Virus record (IMG/VR): IMGVR_UViG_3300042366_000756
Span: 1-64,000 of that record
Length of the DNA: 64,000 nt
Strand: one strand, 5' to 3'
Source of the DNA: a virus
Taxonomy: Duplodnaviria; Caudoviricetes
This document shows positions 10,058-17,977 of this stretch, piece by piece. Each line of letters opens with the position of its first letter. Within the stretch, counting starts at the first letter, position 1. The notes under the pieces are model-generated. The model saw only the letters and a program-made list of their open reading frames with translations. It did not search any database and was not told the DNA's origin. The translations under genes and the position numbers were made by a program.

Positions 10058-10239
10058 TATTCTTCCTCTTCTTCTTTAATGTCTGTTACTTCTAGTGGAT
10101 ACCAGTCATAGGCATAGTCCTCAGCATTTTCGCTAAGTTCAATGCGGTTCATTTCTTCAAGTGCTTCTTGTTCAGTATCAGCCTCAATGGTAAACTCATA
10201 GTAAGTTTCCCTTGAAGCGGTTATATTATATTTAGGCAT
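10057..10239 (-). CDS. Small acidic hypothetical protein
   Basis: ORF track; stop/start coupled. Confidence 0.7.
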   Translation of the reverse strand: MPKYNITASRETYYEFTIEADTEQEALEEMNRIELSENAEDYAYDWYPLEVTDIKEEEEE

Positions 10240-10672
10240 TTTGGGTCTCCAGTCCTGTTAGGTGTAGTTCTTCAATCGTAGCACATTGTGGGCATTTTTC
10301 CAAATCCTGCTCATCAAAGGCATCTCTAATAGTATTATCAGGGTCCTCAAACTCTGCCTGACAATTTTCACAGTAAAACCAGTTATGGCTAACTCTGATT
10401 TGGATATCTGTATCAGGTGGGCACGGAACCTCAGTGATAAAGTATCCTATTCTATTTACAAATCCCCAGCCAGACCAGATGAAAGAGCCACCGTCGTCTC
10501 CGTCACCATACATCCAGATACGGTTTTCATCTTGTGCCTTGACAAATTCAACTTCCTCATCATAGGTCTCAAACATCATACCGTTAAAGGAAGCATTTGT
10601 ATCTATATGATTAAGGATAGGCTTATAAGTGTCAACCCATGAATCATAGTCTAATTCAACAAAGTTATTCAC
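10232..10672 (-). CDS. Hypothetical protein with C-terminal Zn ribbon
   Basis: CENC...CPQC. Confidence 0.75.
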   Translation of the reverse strand: MNNFVELDYDSWVDTYKPILNHIDTNASFNGMMFETYDEEVEFVKAQDENRIWMYGDGDDGGSFIWSGWGFVNRIGYFITEVPCPPDTDIQIRVSHNWFYCENCQAEFEDPDNTIRDAFDEQDLEKCPQCATIEELHLTGLETQNA

Positions 10673-10820
10673 CTAAAACCTCCAAGTAGTGTTTAGATAC
10701 GTGAATGGCTCCTTCAAGGTAAGGAACAATGCTATCAGCACCGTCCTCATTTAGCAAATCCTGTTCAAGGGATATTGTGTGAATTCTTATATACTCTCGT
10801 AATGTGTTTAGGTCCATGTA

Positions 10821-11099
10821 TTAATTGTAAGGGTTGGAGTTGATTTTTACAACTTCAGTGGGTGTGATACTCGTCACATCAGTAATGATAGGGGCGTTGC
10901 CGTCTGATACCCCCAGGCCAATAACATTCTTGGATCCACAAGCACACTCAGGCTCAAAGCAATCAGGGATAGTTTGCAGGGTAGTTATCTCATAAAGAGC
11001 ATCACAATTAGTGCATAGATAATCATACTTAGTCCACATAGTTCTCCATAAGGTAGGCATCGGTTTTGCAGGGGGAGCATTCAATAATAGATTCATCAT
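10821..11099 (-). CDS. Zn-ribbon hypothetical protein (start uncertain)
   Basis: CTNC...CAC. Confidence 0.6.
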   Translation of the reverse strand: MMNLLLNAPPAKPMPTLWRTMWTKYDYLCTNCDALYEITTLQTIPDCFEPECACGSKNVIGLGVSDGNAPIITDVTSITPTEVVKINSNPYN

Positions 11100-11494
11100 A
11101 CTTAGTCATACACATATTACATCTAACCATTAGTCAAAGTCTCCATATCTTGTTCTTGATAACACTTCTTACAAACCAAGGTAGAGTCAAAGAAAGTCAC
11201 ATATACATTACAACAAATACTCATTAGTCAAAATACCCTTCTGCTAGTAGTCCCTCAAAGAAGTCCCATACTATTAGTAATTGTTTATAGTTTTGTTCAT
11301 CCCCCTGGTTTTTGGCGGTATCAATAGCCCAAGTTAAACTATTACCAAAGGCTTGTATATCCTTGTATGTATAGCCTAAAATATTACTACCCCCAAGTCA
11401 TTATCTTGTGGTTCTTTTGACATCTCTTGTTCTGCTCCACATTTGCAGGTATAGCGGTGCCAAAAGGCAGTCCATTCCCATTCGTGTTTATGTC

Positions 11495-11665
11495 TCATTT
11501 GCTATTAGCGCCAGCCTCATATGCAACCTTGTAAATTTCAGTAAGGCGCTCTAGCGTTGCTTTGTGGGCTTTGTCTTCATTTGACATTGCGGCTTCAAAG
11601 TAAATTAACTGCCATGCTTGGTCATCTAATTCTTCTTTGTGCTCTTTTGATATTTTGATTTTCAT
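11495..11665 (-). CDS. 56-aa hypothetical protein
   Basis: Manual translation MKIKISKEHKEELDDQAW...GANSK*; SD and promoter upstream. Confidence 0.6.
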   Translation of the reverse strand: MKIKISKEHKEELDDQAWQLIYFEAAMSNEDKAHKATLERLTEIYKVAYEAGANSK

Positions 11666-11695
11666 TTGGGTCCTTTGTTAGTGGTTTATATATTC

Positions 11696-11717
11696 ATTAT
11701 ATTGCAGGGCACTGACA
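11696..11717 (-). promoter_or_regulatory. RecA-NDp/PafBC-type promoter 1
   Basis: Minus strand TGTCAG-TGCCCTGCAA-TATAAT (10-nt spacing). Confidence 0.75.
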
Positions 11718-11956
11718 TTACCAATATTTTATAATAGTATTAAGGGTAGAATGGATTTGACAATCACAATCTCCCCCCATATTATCCATAAAGTCTAAGT
11801 GTGAGAAGTTATCCTCATAGATATCCTCTACGAGTCGTGCTATGGTTTTTTCATTTGTTTTGGTGGTCATACATTAATTTTACCTGAAACTGGGAAATAA
11901 GTCAACTATTCTTAATAGAATTTAGGGAAAAATGTTATGTGTTCTTAATCACAATA

Positions 11957-11980
11957 CCCGAGAAATATCACTCGGGCCCC
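11957..11980 (-). terminator. Hairpin immediately 3' of tRNA-Asp
   Basis: CCCGAG-8nt-CTCGGG inverted repeat. Confidence 0.5.
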
Positions 11981-11985
11981 ACTTG

Positions 11986-12059
11986 CGATTCCAACGGGAC
12001 TTGAACCCGCAACCTCTACCGTGACAGGGTAGCGATCTAACCAATTGATCTATGGAATC
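11986..12059 (-). tRNA. tRNA-Asp(GTC)
   Basis: Acceptor GATTCCA/TGGAATC, D arm GATC/GATC, anticodon arm CTACC-CTGTCAC-GGTAG, T arm GCGGG-TTCAAGT-CCCGT, discriminator G followed by CAA rather than CCA. Confidence 0.95.
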
Positions 12060-12063
12060 AAGA

Positions 12064-12088
12064 GAGCAGTTTTAAATCTTGCTCAGGA
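12064..12088 (-). repeat. Conserved early-region hairpin, copy 1
   Basis: Minus strand TCCT-GAGCA-AGATTTAAAAC-TGCTC; ends 4 nt before the tRNA 5' end. Confidence 0.85.
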
Positions 12089-12096
12089 TTTTATTG

Positions 12097-13113
12097 TTAT
12101 GCTACTTGTAAAACATTTTTTACAACAGTTAGCAAACGATTTTTTTCTGCGTTAATAGCAGGGTCAAAACCACTTGCAGCAGCAAACATGCTTTCAGTAT
12201 TAACACCACGAGCAGTGCGATACCAGTCAAGGCGTTCAGTTAGTGCATTGAAAGCGCCCCACGCATTACCAGCAATCATTCCGTTAAACTCACCAGTGTA
12301 AATATCGTTAATCATATCTACCTTGTTTGTCCACTTCTTAACAGAACCTTTAGCATCAGTTTCTGGCTTAGGATATGCAGCAAGAATAATGTTATTAAAA
12401 TCTTGTGCAGAGATTTCCTTAGCAATCATGGCATGTGCCATCTTGTCAAATTCGTCCATGTAAGAGTTAGCCATGCCTAGTGCTTGACGAGCAACGGCAA
12501 CCTTACCTTGAGCGGTTTGGGTATGACGGATTTTGAAAGATTGCTTAACGCCATCTTTTTTCTTAGTGCGGTTAAGTGCAACATTGAGAGTGTTAGCGCA
12601 CACAACACGAACAGGTGTGATGCTTGCTTGAATAGCGATTGAACCATCGTGTGATGTGTTAATAAGTAAATAAGTTTTGACCTTATCTGCAACACCGCTA
12701 GGGTCTAGAATTGTTTCACGCTCTAAAGCAAGAGAGCCAAACACTACACGCCCACCACTGATTGAACCAGCAGTTTCCCATCGTCCACCACCATCTAGAA
12801 TGTTATCACCAAAAGCAAATAACTCTTCATTTTGTAGTGGAACATAACGCTCACCAACAATTCCCAAAACATCAGTTTGAGATTTATCAGTAGGGTTTGT
12901 GCGAACGACATATTGATAGTTTTTATCTGATGTCATATTAGATGGAATTGTTAATTCATCTAATCTAACATTCCAGTTATTTAAGTTAGCAGCAATAAGC
13001 ATTTCGCTTGTATTTTTTTCAGTATCAAATACTGTGCCTAGATTATGCCATGCAGGTTCACGGAATGATGCAAAAGATGCAACGCCGTTTTGTGTTTCTA
13101 AGTCGTGAGCCAC
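12097..13113 (-). CDS. DUF932 / LGT_TIGR03299 phage-plasmid protein
   Basis: REPAWHNLG, VGERYVPLQNEELF, ETAGSI.GGR.VF, NTSHDGS, TPVRVVCANTL, IRHT. Confidence 0.9.
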   Translation of the reverse strand: MAHDLETQNGVASFASFREPAWHNLGTVFDTEKNTSEMLIAANLNNWNVRLDELTIPSNMTSDKNYQYVVRTNPTDKSQTDVLGIVGERYVPLQNEELFAFGDNILDGGGRWETAGSISGGRVVFGSLALERETILDPSGVADKVKTYLLINTSHDGSIAIQASITPVRVVCANTLNVALNRTKKKDGVKQSFKIRHTQTAQGKVAVARQALGMANSYMDEFDKMAHAMIAKEISAQDFNNIILAAYPKPETDAKGSVKKWTNKVDMINDIYTGEFNGMIAGNAWGAFNALTERLDWYRTARGVNTESMFAAASGFDPAINAEKNRLLTVVKNVLQVA

Positions 13114-13143
13114 GATTTCCTTCTTTCTTTTGTTGTTATTTTA

Positions 13144-13172
13144 AGTATAACAGGATGGGCTGACAAATGCAA
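13144..13172 (-). promoter_or_regulatory. RecA-NDp/PafBC-type promoter 2 (also has a -35)
   Basis: TTGCAT-17nt-TATACT with TGTCAG exactly 10 nt before the -10. Confidence 0.8.
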
Positions 13173-13249
13173 GCCAAGATTAGGGAAAATACTTTAATCC
13201 TCTTAAATCGGATAAATCGGACATTTGGGGCGCCCCGAGATTTTTTGTG

Positions 13250-13274
13250 GGCCAGTTTTAAATCATGGCCAGGA
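13250..13274 (-). repeat. Conserved early-region hairpin, copy 2
   Basis: TCCT-GGCCA-TGATTTAAAAC-TGGCC; compensatory stem changes relative to copy 1. Confidence 0.85.
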
Positions 13275-13297
13275 TCTTTGATAGCCCCCTACCAAAT

Positions 13298-13777
13298 TTA
13301 GTAGTGGTCCTCTAATTGGACTTCGTCTACAGTTAAATCTGCATCATAGTCATATGAATTAAGTTCTGCTTCAATTGAAACATTGCTTAAATCAAAGTCA
13401 GCAATTTCTGACATTGGGACGCTGATTGTTCCACTGAATGTAACAGTTCCCTGCACTTCAATTTCCTTGACTGGATTAATACCAAAGAGTTCGCATAGCG
13501 CTACAAGAACTTCTTCTTTAGAATAGTTAGGGTCATACCATTCTACAATGCTGTCTTCAAGTTGACTTATTGTTCCTTGAATGCTACGCAAAGATTCTTC
13601 ACGAGCACGTGCACTATGGAGTTCCCATTCAAGGTCTGTTACCTTGGATGTTAAATACGTTGGTTCTTCAGGAGCAGCATATGTTCCTGCAATTGCTTTA
13701 TATGTTACAAGAAGGTTGGGGTTGTAAGGAACTTCTAGTTTATCAATTGTTACTGCGTCACTGATATTGGTTGACAT
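13298..13777 (-). CDS. Hypothetical early protein
   Basis: ORF track; SD and promoter upstream. Confidence 0.8.
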   Translation of the reverse strand: MSTNISDAVTIDKLEVPYNPNLLVTYKAIAGTYAAPEEPTYLTSKVTDLEWELHSARAREESLRSIQGTISQLEDSIVEWYDPNYSKEEVLVALCELFGINPVKEIEVQGTVTFSGTISVPMSEIADFDLSNVSIEAELNSYDYDADLTVDEVQLEDHY

Positions 13778-13808
13778 TTGGGGCCTCTTTCTGTTTGATT
13801 ATAATATA

Positions 13809-13837
13809 ATTCTAACAGGGACTACTGACAAATGCAA
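13809..13837 (-). promoter_or_regulatory. RecA-NDp/PafBC-type promoter 3 (also has a -35)
   Basis: TTGCAT-17nt-TAGAAT containing TGTCAG-N10. Confidence 0.8.
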
Positions 13838-13867
13838 CTTAATCTTAAACTATCTTAAAGGATAAAA

Positions 13868-13883
13868 TGTGATTTAGATCACG
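13868..13883. promoter_or_regulatory. CRP/GlxR-type box
   Basis: TGTGA-TTTAGA-TCACG. Confidence 0.6.
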
Positions 13884-13919
13884 TTGCCTCGGGCCCGCTT
13901 TGCGGGGAAATTAAAAGGT

Positions 13920-13944
13920 GAGCAGTTTGAAATCATGCTCAGGA
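13920..13944 (-). repeat. Conserved early-region hairpin, copy 3
   Basis: TCCT-GAGCA-TGATTTCAAAC-TGCTC. Confidence 0.85.
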
Positions 13945-13951
13945 TTTTTTA

Positions 13952-14122
13952 TTATTTAGTCGTGCTTACCATAGCAAGACGACGAGAACCATTTGCTAAC
14001 TGTAAAGAGATACGAGTTAGTTTAGAGTTAATAGGTGAGAACTTTACAATTCTACCTGTTACGCCAGTTTTGCTTGTGGTGAATAAATCACCGATTTGGT
14101 ATGTGTATCCGCCTAGTGTCAT
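13952..14122 (-). CDS. 56-aa small beta-barrel (SH3/KOW-like) protein; not in ORF track
   Basis: Manual translation MTLGGYTYQIGDLFTTSKTGVTGRIVKFSPINSKLTRISLQLANGSRRLAMVSTTK*; GAAAGG SD. Confidence 0.7.
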   Translation of the reverse strand: MTLGGYTYQIGDLFTTSKTGVTGRIVKFSPINSKLTRISLQLANGSRRLAMVSTTK

Positions 14123-14153
14123 TTGTATTGCCTTTCGTTTATGGTGGTTTGGT

Positions 14154-14180
14154 GAGCAGTTTTAGTAGTCATGCTCAGGA
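14154..14180 (-). repeat. Conserved early-region hairpin, copy 4
   Basis: TCCT-GAGCA-TGACTACTAAAAC-TGCTC. Confidence 0.85.
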
Positions 14181-14197
14181 CTTTTTCCGTTTAGGAA

Positions 14198-14620
14198 TTA
14201 TAGATAACGAGCAACCGCATTGTAAGTTGAGGTATTAACTGTTTCCTCATCTGTCATTTTAAGAATACGAATTGCGTTAGAGATTTCCTCTTTTTGTTCG
14301 TTGTAAGTGTGAGTATGAATTACCTCAAAATCTTTCTGAGGTTCAGCAGGAAAGTTGCCCTCCTTAACTGTTAAGTCAAAATCAACATTAAGGTTGTTTG
14401 ACCATTGACGATAGTTAGTTCGCACATTTTCAGCCTTATCTATATTAGCGATAGCGAAAGTAAATAACTCTTTTTTCCAAGCCTCATAAGCCTTTAGGTG
14501 CTTTGCTTCGTTCTCGCCTTGTGTTGCGTAGTCCTTCTCTAGTTTTGCTAGAGAGGCTTCTAGTGCGGTGATAACTCTTTGTGTAGGTATCTTTACTGAT
14601 ATTGCTTTGCCTCTTGCCAT
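14198..14620 (-). CDS. Hypothetical early protein
   Basis: ORF track; promoter upstream. Confidence 0.8.
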   Translation of the reverse strand: MARGKAISVKIPTQRVITALEASLAKLEKDYATQGENEAKHLKAYEAWKKELFTFAIANIDKAENVRTNYRQWSNNLNVDFDLTVKEGNFPAEPQKDFEVIHTHTYNEQKEEISNAIRILKMTDEETVNTSTYNAVARYL

Positions 14621-14653
14621 TTATTTTTCTCTTTTCTTTGATGGGTTATTTAT

Positions 14654-14675
14654 AGTATAGGGGGTGGGTCTGACA
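14654..14675 (-). promoter_or_regulatory. RecA-NDp/PafBC-type promoter 4
   Basis: TGTCAG-ACCCACCCCC-TATACT; no recognisable -35. Confidence 0.75.
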
Positions 14676-14682
14676 TTAAGTT

Positions 14683-14709
14683 GAGCAGTTTTAGTTGTCA
14701 TGCTCAGGA
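14683..14709 (-). repeat. Conserved early-region hairpin, copy 5
   Basis: TCCT-GAGCA-TGACAACTAAAAC-TGCTC. Confidence 0.85.
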
Positions 14710-14730
14710 CATTTAGCCACTAGGCTAAGG

Positions 14731-14898
14731 TTATGACTTTGCTGTCCAAGTTGTCCAGCGAGTTGAGCCATTAACATCTAACTTAACACGAACATTACCA
14801 TTTGCCTGTGGCACGATTTCTGTAATTGTTCCTGTTGCCTTTGACTTTTGGCTTGTGTAGGTATCTCCTACTTTGTAGATTGCGTTTGATACTGACAT
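14731..14898 (-). CDS. 55-aa small beta-barrel (SH3/KOW-like) protein, paralog of 13952..14122; not in ORF track
   Basis: Manual translation MSVSNAIYKVGDTYTSQKSKATGTITEIVPQANGNVRVKLDVNGSTRWTTWTAKS*. Confidence 0.7.
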   Translation of the reverse strand: MSVSNAIYKVGDTYTSQKSKATGTITEIVPQANGNVRVKLDVNGSTRWTTWTAKS

Positions 14899-14928
14899 TG
14901 TGTTTCCTTTCGTTTGGTTGATATATTA

Positions 14929-14957
14929 ACTATAACATTTCCTACTGACATTATCAA
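14929..14957 (-). promoter_or_regulatory. RecA-NDp/PafBC-type promoter 5 (also has a -35)
   Basis: TTGATA-17nt-TATAGT containing TGTCAG-N10. Confidence 0.75.
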
Positions 14958-14997
14958 GTTATTTCTGACATTTCTCACATTTTGAGATGATTATTCT

Positions 14998-15013
14998 TGT
15001 GAGATACATCACA
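14998..15013. promoter_or_regulatory. CRP/GlxR-type box (perfect)
   Basis: TGTGA-GATACA-TCACA. Confidence 0.7.
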
Positions 15014-15104
15014 TTAGGACAAATCGGACATTACTTATGCCCAAGACCTGCGCTGAGTAGCATGATAAATAAGATAGTTAGAATTGCTATTTCCACAATT
15101 ACCC

Positions 15105-15833
15105 CTATTTTTTAGACGATGAGAATACTATGTCGCTCTTTGAGTATACACACAATCCGCAAGATACGCAAGCGGAGCCTGCATTTGATATTAGGGGAAT
15201 TGCCTTTAAGTTTTCAGGACACTTAGCCCCAGGCCTGTTGGTTAACTCTTTCATATCTGCTTGACCTATTGCAAAATTTTTGGCAAGGTATGCAAGGCGA
15301 ACACCATTATTAATTTTAAGATCAACACCTATAGCCTTATTCTCACTATCTGTTGAATAGTATAAAGATAGATTATCTATTCCGTTTAGTATGAGGGCGG
15401 CAGATCTAACACGAGTATATACCCAGAATTGAATTTCAGGATGATTAGTGATGACTGTTTTCCAAGCATTAGTATAAGTATCACTAAAGAAGTCGCCATC
15501 CCAGTGAATGCGGAATAGTTTAGGAGCGTTTTTCTTATTGCAATCATTTATGAAATCAACAATCATCTCATCCAATAGAACAAGCATTGTTTCCATATCT
15601 GCATTGCGAAGTAAATCCCAGTTATGGAGTAAATTCTTTTTTACTGTTGGGAATAGTCTTTCAAGTTTTCCTGCGTAGCAAACGCTTTCACAAACACTAG
15701 TGGCACCAGGGCACGAGAAATCTTTTCCAGCAGGTAAACCGAAAGTGTTGGCAAGGGCTGATTGTTTTCCATTTTTTGTGACAAGGTTAGTCACCTTTCT
15801 ATCGTTGGAGCGTTTTAGTTGTGGTGTAGTCAT
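15105..15833 (-). CDS. GP88-family protein (radical-SAM-like Cys motif)
   Basis: FGLPAG..FSCPGATSVCESVCYA, FRIHWDGDFFS, FWVYTR, CVSCGLC. Confidence 0.8.
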   Translation of the reverse strand: MTTPQLKRSNDRKVTNLVTKNGKQSALANTFGLPAGKDFSCPGATSVCESVCYAGKLERLFPTVKKNLLHNWDLLRNADMETMLVLLDEMIVDFINDCNKKNAPKLFRIHWDGDFFSDTYTNAWKTVITNHPEIQFWVYTRVRSAALILNGIDNLSLYYSTDSENKAIGVDLKINNGVRLAYLAKNFAIGQADMKELTNRPGAKCPENLKAIPLISNAGSACVSCGLCVYSKSDIVFSSSKK

Positions 15834-15839
15834 ATAAAA

Positions 15840-15868
15840 ATTGTAGCAGAATATGGGAAAAATATCAA
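15840..15868 (-). promoter_or_regulatory. Canonical sigmaA promoter (leaderless GP88)
   Basis: TTGATA-17nt-TACAAT; ATG 6 nt downstream. Confidence 0.7.
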
Positions 15869-15914
15869 GTTGTCTTAATTAGTATAAATCGGACAAATCG
15901 CCCTCGGGCGTTTC

Positions 15915-16139
15915 CTATTGCAACATCATTAAATAAAACTTTTGGTATTCACCAACTTGAATTGTTTCTCTTTCACCAAAATCATTTATAATTTCTAAAG
16001 TGTATCCATCAGGTAATGAAATAATTTCAACAATAGATACAATTTCATCGTCAACTAAAATTAAATCATCAACTTCTAATTGATTTGAAGTTAAAATATC
16101 TACCTTAACATACTCCATGTGCATTATTGTAGCAGCCAT
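15915..16139 (-). CDS. Small beta-barrel-like hypothetical protein
   Basis: ORF track; L..DDLI...EIVSIVEI beta pattern. Confidence 0.65.
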   Translation of the reverse strand: MAATIMHMEYVKVDILTSNQLEVDDLILVDDEIVSIVEIISLPDGYTLEIINDFGERETIQVGEYQKFYLMMLQ

Positions 16140-16224
16140 TTATTCAGCCTCAATTTCACTAAGCAGATCCCAAAGAATTGGCTCTAATGAAAGAGCCGTT
16201 GCATCTAGTTTTTCTTGTAAGGTT

Positions 16225-16521
16225 TTACTCATATAAATCCTCGCTTGCTGGGTTAATGAACCACTCTAGGTGGTGCTGACTTACAATTGCGCTTGCTGGT
16301 GCTTGCTTACTACCTTTGTAGGTAATCTGAAAATCACCAACCATTGGCATATCTATCATTCGTGAATAGTCCTCATCATAGTAAGCGTCAATTGCTTCAA
16401 TGCAAGGCTGAACCATTTCTGTTGGCACTGGTGGATAATGATTACCTTTTAGGTGATAAAGTAATTGTGTTTCTAAGTCTAGCGTTGTATCTGCTAATCC
16501 AATTGCTGTTACGCTTCCCAT
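16225..16521 (-). CDS. Hypothetical early protein
   Basis: ORF track; YHL.GNHYPP. Confidence 0.75.
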   Translation of the reverse strand: MGSVTAIGLADTTLDLETQLLYHLKGNHYPPVPTEMVQPCIEAIDAYYDEDYSRMIDMPMVGDFQITYKGSKQAPASAIVSQHHLEWFINPASEDLYE

Positions 16522-16522
16522 A

Positions 16523-16738
16523 TTATTTTCCCCCTACGTTTCCATTAGCATAAAATATCTTAGTATGCATCTTACCTGAAGGCTCTGACAAGTTAATTGT
16601 TGCATATTCACTAGCAAATCCATAGTCTGTAAATTTATTAAATTCACTAACTGCGTCAAGTGCATTATCATAGCGACCAATCCAATGAGGCGACCTATCT
16701 CCGTCATAGGTAGCCGTTACTGAGTATAAGTATTCCAT
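16523..16738 (-). CDS. Hypothetical early protein
   Basis: ORF track; coupled to neighbours. Confidence 0.7.
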   Translation of the reverse strand: MEYLYSVTATYDGDRSPHWIGRYDNALDAVSEFNKFTDYGFASEYATINLSEPSGKMHTKIFYANGNVGGK

Positions 16739-16909
16739 TATGCATTCTCCTTTATTTCGTTTTCATTATGCCAAATTTCAAATTCACTAAACAAGTGCTG
16801 ACCTTTTTCGCAATCACCACAAAATTCAGTTATCATATCGCTTTCTACAATTACTCCACTATCGTAGCAAGTGTAGCAATCTCCAATTTCATCAAATATA
16901 TTTCCCATA

Positions 16910-17119
16910 TTATTCACCTACCTTAACCGCAATAGTTGCGTATTGAGTTTTTATTGAGCCACGATAATCTATTCCAATTAAATAGGCTTCAGTTTTTTCG
17001 CCATAGTAAACTTCTGGGCGATGCTCAGCAGAAATAATTTCACCCTCAAAGTGGCGATTTCGTGAGCGGTATTCCTTACCAATTAGTAAGTCTTGTATTG
17101 TGTATAGTTTGGTAGCCAT
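16910..17119 (-). CDS. Small beta-barrel-like hypothetical protein
   Basis: ATG at 17119 (MATKLY) after GAAGG SD. Confidence 0.7.
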   Translation of the reverse strand: MATKLYTIQDLLIGKEYRSRNRHFEGEIISAEHRPEVYYGEKTEAYLIGIDYRGSIKTQYATIAVKVGE

Positions 17120-17154
17120 TGGCAGACCTTCTTTCTTTTTGTTTATATAAAATA

Positions 17155-17176
17155 ATCTTAGCAGATAAGGCTGACA
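17155..17176 (-). promoter_or_regulatory. RecA-NDp/PafBC-type promoter 6
   Basis: TGTCAG-CCTTATCTGC-TAAGAT, preceded by ACGGCGTGTCAG. Confidence 0.75.
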
Positions 17177-17300
17177 ATTCATAACTGACACGCCGTAATT
17201 CTTAAACTATTTAATTTTTCTTACTCTGTAAGTCTATTCTATTAGACATAAAATATCAAATTACTGGCGGGTAATTCCAAATAGTAAGACGCTCAATCTG

Positions 17301-17316
17301 GGTGATTTTAATCACA
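17301..17316. promoter_or_regulatory. CRP/GlxR-type box
   Basis: GGTGA-TTTTAA-TCACA. Confidence 0.6.
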
Positions 17317-17332
17317 TCTTAAAAGATCACCC

Positions 17333-17352
17333 TGTGGATAACCTGTGGATAA
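17333..17352. promoter_or_regulatory. Two tandem perfect DnaA boxes
   Basis: TGTGGATAA-CC-TGTGGATAA (reverse complement TTATCCACA x2). Confidence 0.75.
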
Positions 17353-17364
17353 CGCCTCGGGTTT

Positions 17365-17380
17365 TAGAACAGATGTTCGG
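17365..17380. promoter_or_regulatory. Gram-positive/actinobacterial LexA (SOS) box
   Basis: TAGAAC-AGAT-GTTCGG vs consensus TCGAAC-N4-GTTCGA. Confidence 0.55.
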
Positions 17381-17403
17381 ACAGTTTTAGATCGTGTCCA
17401 GGA
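17379..17403 (-). repeat. Conserved early-region hairpin, copy 6
   Basis: TCCT-GGACA-CGATCTAAAAC-TGTCC; third stem variant. Confidence 0.85.
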
Positions 17404-17410
17404 TTTCTAT

Positions 17411-17620
17411 TTATACTTTAAACATTTCAGAACCAACAGGAATTAAACCAATTTCATCAATACCGCAAGCCTTTTCAAATCTTGCGAAATCAAAGTTTTC
17501 GTTATCTGATTTAAACCAATCAGCAAAAGTATCTACTAAATCCTCATAAGTAGTTTGCGGAATTTCATCTACAAAACTTTTTAAAATATTTGCGGTTTGA
17601 ATATAGTCTTTTCTAGTCAT
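17411..17620 (-). CDS. Hypothetical early protein
   Basis: ORF track; MTRKDY...F..DN.NFD..RF..AC. Confidence 0.75.
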   Translation of the reverse strand: MTRKDYIQTANILKSFVDEIPQTTYEDLVDTFADWFKSDNENFDFARFEKACGIDEIGLIPVGSEMFKV

Positions 17621-17829
17621 TATTCAGCCAACTTTAAAGTAGCCCAAGAGTTGCCTGCGTTCATTCTATCCAAAACATCAAGGTCAATTAACGCTGCGGT
17701 AAGAGTGCTACGCAATAACAATTCCATTTCAAGTTCGCTAAGGTTTACAAAACGGCTTAACAACTCGTCAGGCATTTTGTTTTCATCAATTTCAGTTACG
17801 AATTTTATTGAGTGGTTTAGTTTTATCAT
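17620..17829 (-). CDS. Hypothetical early protein
   Basis: ORF track; coupled. Confidence 0.7.
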   Translation of the reverse strand: MIKLNHSIKFVTEIDENKMPDELLSRFVNLSELEMELLLRSTLTAALIDLDVLDRMNAGNSWATLKLAE

Positions 17830-17977
17830 TAGTTAGCCTCTCCGCTAGTAAATAGTGTGCCAAGTGTAAAATTTTCACACTCGCATTTTTCAACATCATA
17901 GTCAAGGTCATTACCCCAAAAGATGAGACCTGCTCCATTACACTCATCACAATCAAAAGACATTACGGAATTTATCA

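Noticed and set aside
14965-14970. A ninth TGTCAG promoter element
   Set aside because: No TAnnnT at the 10-nt spacing
12064-17403. CRISPR array or solitary CRISPR repeat (plus strand GTTTTAG...ATGCT resembles a type II-A repeat start)
   Set aside because: Copies are separated by whole genes at irregular distances, stems covary rather than staying identical, the similarity is only a few bases, and no cas genes are present
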